This document shows positions 1-7,972 of a stretch of DNA of 64,000 nucleotides, one piece after another. Each line of letters opens with the position of its first letter. Position 1 is the stretch's first letter. The notes beneath the pieces are model-generated. The model saw only the letters and a program-made list of their open reading frames with translations, searched no databases and was not told the origin of the DNA. The stretch spans positions 24,479-88,478 of the forward strand of contig JAUMWY010000001.1 in assembly GCA_030529385.1 (NCBI GenBank). Reading direction: 5' to 3'. The position numbers were made by a program, and so were the translations under genes. This DNA comes from Candidatus Saccharimonadota bacterium. GTDB taxonomy: Bacteria; Patescibacteriota; Saccharimonadia; Saccharimonadales; Saccharimonadaceae.

Positions 1-59
1 TCAGCTTCCCATTGCTGTTGCCATTTCTGCTCAATATCAGTCGGATTATATCGTTTCAT
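1..59 (-). CDS. leuS: Leucine--tRNA ligase, N-terminal fragment (runs off window start)
   Basis: Reverse strand from ATG at 59 reads MKRYNPTDIEQKWQQQWEA, the typical LeuRS N-terminus (YnpxxIExKWQxxW); TGCTATACT just upstream. Confidence 0.75.
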   Translation of the reverse strand, partial: MKRYNPTDIEQKWQQQWEA

Positions 60-76
60 ATCTGGTAGTATAGCAC

Positions 77-107
77 ACAGCCCCCTGTGAGGACCACAGA
101 GGGCTGT
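77..107 (-). terminator. Hairpin downstream of 128..1321
   Basis: acagccccctgtg / cacagagggctgt inverted repeat around an aggac loop; no strong U-tract. Confidence 0.45.
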
Positions 108-127
108 TGTATGTGTTGATTCGTTTT

Positions 128-1321
128 TTAAATTGAGAAACCGTTAAATCCGCCAGGGCCGATTGATAAATTCGGTCGCCCACCGCCCATTGGCAGGTTC
201 AGTTGGCGCTTTACATCTTCCAGGCTACGCGCACCTGATGGCTCGCTGACTGCATCACTCTTACCAACCGTTACGTCAAATTGTATAGCAACTGTACCTT
301 TACCCTCGCTATCTTTGATTCTCATCTCAAGAGCCGATACCTGCTGCGTCGCAGTATTCACCCAAATACGAACCGCCGACAGGCCATCGTCTGATGACGA
401 GCTGTCCGCTTCCTTATTGCAGTCCCGCATAAAGCGGCCCAATGCCGTATCTGCCAGCTCGTTCTTCTCCGGCTTAGAACTGAGATCAAATTCAAAGCCC
501 TTGCCGCCATTACGATCATCAATCTTGACGTCTTTTTTCAGCATAAGCTGCTGTTTGCGCAGCGCCTCAGCAATTTCCTTCCGCGAATCATCACTCCTGA
601 ACAGCTCCATAGCCTTCACCGGCGAACACGTCTCGCTGCTACTCTTCATCATCTCTTTGACATCGCCCGGAGCAATTCGCAGCCACTGGTCATCCAGCAG
701 TTTAATCGCCGCATCCACATCGATCCCTTGCTGCTTAAGTCCCTCTATAACCATCTGACGCACCATAGCTTTTTGCTCAGGAGTTAGTTGCTGCCCCTGA
801 GAAAAGGCACCAGCAAACCCATCAATCAACTTGTCAACAAGCTCGCGCAACTTACCGACCTTGACAAACATCGTGTCGTTTGAAGTGTGGATAACCGACA
901 GCTTTGCCTGAACCGGGCCAGGTATATCATCGCCCTCAATGGTAATGTCAAGTTCAGCCTTGCCGCTACCACCGTCTCGGTCAAGCTTTATATCGGTGGT
1001 TACTTTGGCCTTTGCTGAGTCAACCTTCATCGTGCCCGCAAGCTGCACTTGCTCCGCCTCCACGAAATTGGCTAGTGCATTGGCAACTGTTTTTTGCGGA
1101 TCATTACCCAATACAACGACCAAAACAACCGTCACAATAATGGCGATCAACGCCACAACCCCGGCAACGATGCCGATAATCAGTCCGGTTTTCTTCTTGC
1201 GTGGCGGCTGCACAACACCCATAATCGGCGGCTGTTGCGGCGAGCCGATTGGATGCTGCGGGGTTGGCGATTGGCCGGACGGCTGCGCCGGCGGTGTGCT
1301 TGGTTGCATAGTAGGATTCAT
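128..1321 (-). CDS. Hypothetical membrane-anchored protein (Pro/Gln-rich N-terminus, single TM, extracellular domain)
   Basis: 397-aa ORF, AGGAG upstream, RKKK followed by a long hydrophobic helix. Confidence 0.8.
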   Translation of the reverse strand: MNPTMQPSTPPAQPSGQSPTPQHPIGSPQQPPIMGVVQPPRKKKTGLIIGIVAGVVALIAIIVTVVLVVVLGNDPQKTVANALANFVEAEQVQLAGTMKVDSAKAKVTTDIKLDRDGGSGKAELDITIEGDDIPGPVQAKLSVIHTSNDTMFVKVGKLRELVDKLIDGFAGAFSQGQQLTPEQKAMVRQMVIEGLKQQGIDVDAAIKLLDDQWLRIAPGDVKEMMKSSSETCSPVKAMELFRSDDSRKEIAEALRKQQLMLKKDVKIDDRNGGKGFEFDLSSKPEKNELADTALGRFMRDCNKEADSSSSDDGLSAVRIWVNTATQQVSALEMRIKDSEGKGTVAIQFDVTVGKSDAVSEPSGARSLEDVKRQLNLPMGGGRPNLSIGPGGFNGFSI

Positions 1322-1362
1322 AATTCTCCTTATGATTACTTTCGTATCTTTAGTATGTCACA

Positions 1363-2661
1363 TTAATCAGAAAAATGCGAGAAGAACTGCCGTTTTCGCT
1401 CCAGCCACTGCGGTGACTGCCGCACCAGTTTCTTTTCATCATCAAGACTGCGCAAATTCACCTTAATCGCCTCCTCTAGCCATACGCCGCCACTTGATCC
1501 CTTAAACAAAGCGATACCGCCCGGCTGTAACTGTTTGCGCACAAATGCACCAGCCTCCAAGGCGTTACGACACTCCTTCACTTGACAGCCGTTTTGGCGC
1601 GCTGCCGGCGCTAAGTAATGATTGGCCATTTCACCAACCGTCACCACCCAATCAAGTTCCTGCGGCGAGCATTGAGCCCCAAGCGCAGCATGGCCTTCGG
1701 CCGCCTGATGGCGCAACCCGTTCATATTGCCCAGCACGGCAATGCGCTGCGGCGACTCAAGACTATACAGCGTCTGCAAAGCCGATACCGCCGTCAATGG
1801 CGACGAACTGTAACTGTCATCAAGCAGCGTGGTTTGATCTGCGCCGTGGAGTAACTGCAACCGACCAGGCAGCGATCGCAGCTGCACCAATCCCGCAGCA
1901 ATCGTCTGCGTATCAAGCCCAAGCTTCACTGCCACCGTCATCGCTGCCACCGCCGGGCGAACACTATGCTCACCAAGCAGCCGCAGCGTCACATCAAACC
2001 CATCGGCATATTCTGGACTGAGCATCTTGCCACTATAGCCCTCGTCCAACGAAAACATATGTTCATCAAAGAAATATTCCGCCACACCGCTAGTGCCGTA
2101 AGTTGTCATCTGCGGATTCGTCAAAAACGCCGCAAACCGCCCGTCAATATCATCGCGATTAATAATGGCAAATTTTGCAATATTTGCTAAGGTAATCATT
2201 TCCTGCGCCACCGCCTCCACCGGATGCTCCACATGCATCCGTCCGGTCGTCACCGAAGTAATGACTGCGATGTCAGGCGACAGAATTGGCTGGAACCATG
2301 TATGATAGCCAATATCATGCGGGCTAAACTCCTGGACAATCACTTGTGCTTCGGGATGTTCGGCGCGGGCCCGCTTTTTTACCGCCTTCAACAAGCGGCG
2401 GCGCGTCAGCCAACCCCATTTCTCCTCTGGCGCATCAGGATAGCGCACGCCCATAATCTGCAGCAAGGTTTGTAAGCGAGAATGCGGCTCAGCCTCATGC
2501 ATTGCCACGGCGTAGCGCTGACTAAGGACGGTGGCGATGGCGGTTTTGGCGCTCGTTTTGCCAGCGCTGCCCGTCACCGCCACCAGTTTCACGTTTGGGT
2601 GATTAGCGAAAAACTCACGCACAAAGTGAGCAATCTTTTTCTCAAATGATGCACTTGTCAT
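1363..2661 (-). CDS. Mur ligase family protein (MurF-like)
   Basis: VAVTGSAGKTS P-loop, LPGRLQ, DDSYSSSP, VLGNM, FKGS motifs; start moved to MTSASF (TGGTATCAT just upstream). Confidence 0.85.
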   Translation of the reverse strand: MTSASFEKKIAHFVREFFANHPNVKLVAVTGSAGKTSAKTAIATVLSQRYAVAMHEAEPHSRLQTLLQIMGVRYPDAPEEKWGWLTRRRLLKAVKKRARAEHPEAQVIVQEFSPHDIGYHTWFQPILSPDIAVITSVTTGRMHVEHPVEAVAQEMITLANIAKFAIINRDDIDGRFAAFLTNPQMTTYGTSGVAEYFFDEHMFSLDEGYSGKMLSPEYADGFDVTLRLLGEHSVRPAVAAMTVAVKLGLDTQTIAAGLVQLRSLPGRLQLLHGADQTTLLDDSYSSSPLTAVSALQTLYSLESPQRIAVLGNMNGLRHQAAEGHAALGAQCSPQELDWVVTVGEMANHYLAPAARQNGCQVKECRNALEAGAFVRKQLQPGGIALFKGSSGGVWLEEAIKVNLRSLDDEKKLVRQSPQWLERKRQFFSHFSD

Positions 2662-2826
2662 AGTCTTATGATACCATAAGCGGCATTGCAATTCTGGGAG
2701 CTGCTGCGCGCCCACCCGGGGCATATGTTCGGTCGTGTTTATGTTCATCAGCGCACAGGAATGCCCCATGCGCATCAGCTCACTGTCTATTATGCACTGC
2801 TTGGCAAAAAAGCGCAAGCGTTGTGT

Positions 2827-2866
2827 TAGTGTAGTCTTGACACTATTTAGTGTTTACTTTACACTA
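2827..2866 (+). promoter_or_regulatory. sigma70 promoter of nadE overlapped by two tandem NrtR-type operators
   Basis: TTGACA 2837-2842, 17 bp, TACACT 2860-2865; palindromes TAGTGT-agtcttg-ACACTA (2827-2845) and TAGTGT-ttacttt-ACACTA (2848-2866), matching the GT-N7-AC NrtR core. Confidence 0.85.
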
Positions 2867-2889
2867 ACAACCAGCAAAGGAGCATCATT

Positions 2890-3705
2890 ATGGCAGAACT
2901 ACGGCAACAAATTATTAAAGAATTAGGCGTCACGCCAACCATTCAACCCGAACAGGAAGTGCAGCGGCGAGTTAACTTTCTCCAGTCGTATCTGGCCGAT
3001 GCGGGAGCGCGCGGCTATGTACTGGGTATTTCCGGCGGGCAGGATTCACTGCTGGCGGGCTACCTGGCCCAACGGGCGGTCACGAAATTACGCGAACAAG
3101 GTTACGGCGCTAGCTTTCACGCCATGCTACTACCCTACGGCACTCAGGCGGATCGGGCGGATGCTGAAGCGGCGATTGAATTCATCAAACCTGACGAAAT
3201 CTACGATCTGAATATCAAGTCGTCTGTTGATGCGCTGGCGGATGAATTTACAGTCGCGACTAGTGAGTCGTTGGCTGATTTTGATAAAGGCAATGTCAAA
3301 GCGCGCATGCGGATGATTGCTCAGTATGCCTTGGCGGGAACACATGGGCTGTTGGTGGTCGGCTGCGACCATGCAGCGGAGGCGGTGACTGGATTTTATA
3401 CGAAGTACGGTGATGGTGGTGCTGATGTGATGCCGCTGGCGGGGCTGACCAAACGACAGGGTCGCGCCCTATTGCAGTATATCGGTGCGCCAGAGGTTTT
3501 TTACACCAAGGAGCCGACTGCTGATCTACTGGACGAGGCGCCGCTACAGAGTGATGCGACGGAGCTGGGACTGACCTATGATGAGATCGATGATTATTTG
3601 GAGGGTAAGCCAGTCAGTCCTGAGGTTGCTGCGAAGATTGAGGCGCTGTTTATACGCACACAACATAAACGCCAGATGCCCGCCGCGCCGCCAGCTGTGC
3701 TATAG
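2890..3705 (+). CDS. nadE: Ammonia-dependent NAD(+) synthetase
   Basis: VLGISGGQDS, GNVKARMRM, GFYTKYGDGGAD, PTADL motifs; AAGGAG RBS. Confidence 0.95.
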   Translation: MAELRQQIIKELGVTPTIQPEQEVQRRVNFLQSYLADAGARGYVLGISGGQDSLLAGYLAQRAVTKLREQGYGASFHAMLLPYGTQADRADAEAAIEFIKPDEIYDLNIKSSVDALADEFTVATSESLADFDKGNVKARMRMIAQYALAGTHGLLVVGCDHAAEAVTGFYTKYGDGGADVMPLAGLTKRQGRALLQYIGAPEVFYTKEPTADLLDEAPLQSDATELGLTYDEIDDYLEGKPVSPEVAAKIEALFIRTQHKRQMPAAPPAVL

Positions 3706-3712
3706 TAATCGT

Positions 3713-4387
3713 ATGACATACACTTCGCCATATATCGCCCCTACGCTCACCGTTGACGCCGTGATTATGCGGCTGGGCGAGCGGGGACTGGAAGTGCTGT
3801 TACATCGGCGGCCACAGGAGCCATTCGCTGGCGAGTGGGCGCTGCCGGGCGGCTACTGCGCCAAGGGCCAGACCACTATTGACGCCCTGCGTCAAGTCGT
3901 ACAGAGGAAGACTGGCGCATCTTTAGATACTGGCGTGCGTCACCTAGAGCAGCTCTACACTTTTGATACTGTGGCGCGCGACCCCCGCGGTCATGCCGTG
4001 TCGGTGGTCTATATGGCGCTGGGTACGGATATTGCCCATAATCCCGAGCAGCATGAGGCGCAATTTTGGCCAGTTACTACCCTGCCGACGCTCGCCTATG
4101 ATCATGCTGAGATTATTGCTATGGCGCAGCGACGCCTAGCCGGTAAAGTACAGTACACCAATATCGCCTTTAGTCTGCTGCCCGCTACGTTTACACTGTC
4201 CGAGTTACAAACCGCCTACGAAGCCGTGCTGGGCCGAGGACTGGACAAGCGCAACTTCCGCAAAAAGATTCTCTCGCTGGATATGATTCATGAGACTGGC
4301 GATATGCGACGCGATGGCGCTCATCGGCCAGCCAAACTGTACGCCTTCAATCAGGCTTCACTGGTGGCATTAGCGCGCGAGTTTTAA
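3713..4387 (+). CDS. nrtR: NrtR-family Nudix-related transcriptional regulator
   Basis: N-terminal Nudix domain (WALPGG, EQLYTF, RDPRG, LAYDH) with degenerate Nudix box, plus C-terminal wHTH (FTLSELQ, DKRNFRKK, HRPAKLY). Confidence 0.9.
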   Translation: MTYTSPYIAPTLTVDAVIMRLGERGLEVLLHRRPQEPFAGEWALPGGYCAKGQTTIDALRQVVQRKTGASLDTGVRHLEQLYTFDTVARDPRGHAVSVVYMALGTDIAHNPEQHEAQFWPVTTLPTLAYDHAEIIAMAQRRLAGKVQYTNIAFSLLPATFTLSELQTAYEAVLGRGLDKRNFRKKILSLDMIHETGDMRRDGAHRPAKLYAFNQASLVALAREF

Positions 4388-5937
4388 GCGTCCACAGGCT
4401 TATAAGCAATCAACAGCGTGTTTGTCCACGACCACTCATCGGGGACTAATGCGCCTGCCTCGTTCATAGTATATACCGTCGCGGCGGGCGCAAAACGATT
4501 AGCAATCAGCCACGGATTTTGCACCGGTCGCGTGCCATCACCGCACACCAACCCTGCCGCCTCCAATGCGCTGCGCCACTCATCGTGCGTAAAGAAGCAG
4601 AACCTTTCATGCATTTCGCTATACCAACTGTCACAGTAGTCTTTCTTTGCCAAGAATTCATACAGCAAGCACCGCGATACATGAGCATAGGAAATGCCAT
4701 TAATAGTCTGCCACGTGATGGGGTGCACCTCACCTTCACTGGCCCGAAAATCATGCGCAAACTGGCGCAGCCGAGCAGCTGATGACAGAGCGCGCAGCTG
4801 GTCGGGCGTGGCATTGATCAACGGTTGATCATCTGGGAGCGGCTGGCCGTCGTCTTGATTCATCTGCGCATAGACCATATCATCTGGGTTGTCCGGGCTA
4901 ACCACGTCGTAATTGATATATACCCCGCCCGGCGCCAACATGGTATACACTCGCTGCAAAAATGCCACTAATTCTTCCCGCCCGAGGTATGATTCAATCT
5001 CATGCGTCAATGCCATGGTGATGACCGTATTAATGGAAGCGTCATCAAACAGTTCGCTTTGCATAATATTGCGCTGGTAGAAAAACACATTCGCATCGCC
5101 AAACTCACCATTGGCTTTGCGCTGCTGACATATCTCATACAGCGGCCGCGCCACCTCAACGCCATAAAAATCAGACTCAAACAGCGCTGGCTGCCCAGCT
5201 GCCAATAATTTAATCGCCTGTCCTGTTGCACAGCCAACATCAATAATCCGACCCGGCTGCACAAATGGTGCAATATCCCGCACCTTACGCCAGGCACTAT
5301 CCTCAAACGCCGCACGGTAACTGGCATAATCACGCGACACCGTGATGTCACCATCATCACTGCTAATCAGCGGATCAGCATACACTGACTGAATGGTGTG
5401 AGCGATGTCATAACGCTGATAATACGCCAGCGCCACCGGGTCAATCGCCTCAACCAGCGACGCATCATCGCGCCACGCATCGCCCCGTTCAATAATCTGC
5501 TCAACGATATCCCACGGCCGCATCGCATTTGTCTCAAGTTCAACCGTCTCCACCGTAAAACCATAGTTACGGTAATTATCAATGAGCGGTGGCGTGGAGC
5601 AAGCGACAAGCGTATTGTTCGGCGTCATAGCGACGCGACCGCTCGTCTGAGTACGAATTTCCTCTAATACATAATGCACAAAATCAGCTTTTGGCGCACG
5701 ATTGGGAATTAAATACACCAAACTACTCATCCCCGCTGCCTGCGCGACCGCCTCAACCATGCCCAGCCGACGATGGCCCGGAATTGGATTGCGCTGCGTG
5801 CCGGTATGGTCCGCTGAGGTGACCGCCCAAACAATATGCGCCCGTGGGTGCTGCTGTTGCAGTTTTTCAAGATAGTTCACCTGAAAACGCGTCACAATAT
5901 GATGACGGCCTGGAAAGAGAATATATTGTACTACCAT
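4384..5937 (-). CDS. Fusion of NadM-like nucleotidyltransferase-fold domain and class I SAM-dependent methyltransferase
   Basis: N-terminus LFPGRHH...VTSADHTGTQRNPIPGHRRLGM resembles NadM (GRFQP..SA...T..NP.T..ER..M); C-terminal IIDVGCATG, GVEVA, LTHEI, LAPGG methyltransferase motifs. Confidence 0.7.
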   Translation of the reverse strand: MVVQYILFPGRHHIVTRFQVNYLEKLQQQHPRAHIVWAVTSADHTGTQRNPIPGHRRLGMVEAVAQAAGMSSLVYLIPNRAPKADFVHYVLEEIRTQTSGRVAMTPNNTLVACSTPPLIDNYRNYGFTVETVELETNAMRPWDIVEQIIERGDAWRDDASLVEAIDPVALAYYQRYDIAHTIQSVYADPLISSDDGDITVSRDYASYRAAFEDSAWRKVRDIAPFVQPGRIIDVGCATGQAIKLLAAGQPALFESDFYGVEVARPLYEICQQRKANGEFGDANVFFYQRNIMQSELFDDASINTVITMALTHEIESYLGREELVAFLQRVYTMLAPGGVYINYDVVSPDNPDDMVYAQMNQDDGQPLPDDQPLINATPDQLRALSSAARLRQFAHDFRASEGEVHPITWQTINGISYAHVSRCLLYEFLAKKDYCDSWYSEMHERFCFFTHDEWRSALEAAGLVCGDGTRPVQNPWLIANRFAPAATVYTMNEAGALVPDEWSWTNTLLIAYKPVDA

Positions 5938-5973
5938 ATGTTCTAGTATAGCGTGTTGTGATAATTTGTAAAA

Positions 5974-6031
5974 TAGTGTTGACTTTACACTAACTATGCG
6001 CTACAGTTGAGTTAGTGTAAATAATACACAT
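5974..6031 (+). promoter_or_regulatory. pncA promoter with two NrtR-type operators (intergenic region shared with divergent gene)
   Basis: TTGACT 5979-5984, 17 bp, TACAGT 6002-6007; TAGTGT-tgacttt-ACACTA (5974-5992) and TAGTGT-aaataat-ACACAT (6013-6031). Confidence 0.85.
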
Positions 6032-6047
6032 AAAGCAAGGAGGTTTT

Positions 6048-6752
6048 ATGACGACAACGACTCACGAATTCGCCCCGCCAATCACCATCGTGGTGGACGA
6101 GCAAAATGACTTCTTCCCTGGCGGAGCGCTGGGTGTAGCGGGCGGCGAGGAGATTATCGCGCCGACTAACGCAGTCACTGAATGGACCCGGCGGCATGAC
6201 GGCCAAGTCATCTTCACTCGCGACAAACACAATCCTGAAACCAAGCACTTTAATACCAATGGCGGCCCCTGGCCTGTTCACTGCGTCGCTTATCCTGACA
6301 TATTGGCCCGCCCGCAAGGCGCTGAAGGTGCGGCGCTTCACCCAGAGATGGTGATTGCGCCCGAAGATATGATTGCCAGCAAGGGTATGAGCAACGAAGA
6401 CGATGGGTATTCTGGCGCCGAGGCGGTGATTGAAACTAATGGCGAAGGTCAAGTAGTCGATGCGCAGGCGGTTACAGAATATGTGCAGGCAGCCGAGGCG
6501 CGGCACCGCAACATCGGCAAGCGCACCCTGCTGATTGTCATGGGACTGGCAACGGATTATTGCGTTAAGGCAACGGTGCTTGATCTGCTGGAGGCGACTG
6601 ACAAAGAGTGGGCGCAGATCTATGTGCTGACCGATGCCATACGAGCGGTCAATCTAGCCTACGGTGATGGCGAAGAGGCGATCCGCACCATGCAAGAAGC
6701 CGGCGCTGTCATGACGACGAGCCAGGAACTAATGCGACAACTGGAGGCATAG
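6048..6752 (+). CDS. pncA: Nicotinamidase (isochorismatase family)
   Basis: VDEQNDF.PGGAL, TRDKH, WPVHCV, GLATDYCVKAT motifs; AAGGAGG RBS. Confidence 0.92.
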   Translation: MTTTTHEFAPPITIVVDEQNDFFPGGALGVAGGEEIIAPTNAVTEWTRRHDGQVIFTRDKHNPETKHFNTNGGPWPVHCVAYPDILARPQGAEGAALHPEMVIAPEDMIASKGMSNEDDGYSGAEAVIETNGEGQVVDAQAVTEYVQAAEARHRNIGKRTLLIVMGLATDYCVKATVLDLLEATDKEWAQIYVLTDAIRAVNLAYGDGEEAIRTMQEAGAVMTTSQELMRQLEA

Positions 6753-6754
6753 CT

Positions 6755-7969
6755 ATGGAGCAACCACGATTTACTGACTACCAAGATCAATATAAATTCC
6801 CCATGGGGCAACTCATTTATGAACGGGTGCCTGACGCCGAGGTGACCTTTCGGCTGACTAATCGCAAGGCGGACACTATGCCGCTGGCTACATACATCAG
6901 GCCAGAAGAATTGCAGGAGCGCTACGACGAACTACGACAGACCTTGCGCATTACACCCCAGGAAGTTGACGTATTGCGGCAGCAGGAGGGCAAACATTAT
7001 TCCGAGGATTTCTTGCGCTATGTGCAGGATATGCGGCTGCCGGAGATTGCTGTTAGCCTCGATCCGACAACACATGATTTAACGGCCGAGACGTCTGGGC
7101 GATGGAATGATGTATCGCTATGGGAAATTCCGATGCTAGCGACGCTTCCTGAGCTATATTACCCACGGCGATTGAGGGCACTAGGGCTGACGATGAGCGA
7201 GGTGCAGCGTGAGGGCGACCGACGACTCAGTGAGACAATTGCCCTGCTGCGCGACAATCCGCAGGTGAAATTTGCTGAATTTGGCACCCGGCGGCGCTTT
7301 AGCAGTGAGTGGCAGCGGCATGTAGTTGAACGGCTGGCGACGGAATGTCCTGAGAATTTCCTGGGCACTTCAAATCCGCATCTGGCAGCCGAGTATAATG
7401 TGCCAGCGGTCGGCACCAATGCCCACGAATTAGCCATGGTCTATGCAGCGCTGGAAGATGCGCGCGGTGGCGCGGCGGTTGATGGCCAAACGCAAGCGAT
7501 TGACGATTGGCTGGAGCGCTTTCCTAGTATGCCGGTGGCGCTAACCGACACCTTTACGACTGACTTTACCCTGTCGGCGATGACACCAGAGCAATATGAA
7601 GCAGTGCAGAGCTACCGGATTGATTCGGGTGATGAGCGAGTGGTCGGACGGCGGATTATTCAGGAGCTGGGACGACGCGGCATTGACCCGATGACGCGGA
7701 CGCTGTTTTTTAGCAATAGTTTGACGCCAAAGAAAGCGGTTGAGCTGGCGGATTATTTTGACGGGCGGATTGGCGTAGCGTTTGGTATTGGCGGCAATTT
7801 AGTCAACGACCTCGGCCAGCCTGGCATGAATGTGGTGGCGAAAGCCGTAGCGGTCAATGGCCATGGTACGGTGAAATTGAGTGATGATGCGGGTAAGCAT
7901 ATGGGCAGCCCTAAAGATATTGCTCGATATCAGGCGCAGGTGCGACAATCGCTGACGATGGCGGCCTAG
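6755..7969 (+). CDS. pncB: Nicotinate phosphoribosyltransferase
   Basis: DQYKFPM, EFGTRRRFS, GTSN, GTNAHE, LTDTF, RIDSGD, FGIG, KLSDD.GK motifs. Confidence 0.93.
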   Translation: MEQPRFTDYQDQYKFPMGQLIYERVPDAEVTFRLTNRKADTMPLATYIRPEELQERYDELRQTLRITPQEVDVLRQQEGKHYSEDFLRYVQDMRLPEIAVSLDPTTHDLTAETSGRWNDVSLWEIPMLATLPELYYPRRLRALGLTMSEVQREGDRRLSETIALLRDNPQVKFAEFGTRRRFSSEWQRHVVERLATECPENFLGTSNPHLAAEYNVPAVGTNAHELAMVYAALEDARGGAAVDGQTQAIDDWLERFPSMPVALTDTFTTDFTLSAMTPEQYEAVQSYRIDSGDERVVGRRIIQELGRRGIDPMTRTLFFSNSLTPKKAVELADYFDGRIGVAFGIGGNLVNDLGQPGMNVVAKAVAVNGHGTVKLSDDAGKHMGSPKDIARYQAQVRQSLTMAA

Positions 7970-7972
7970 CTG

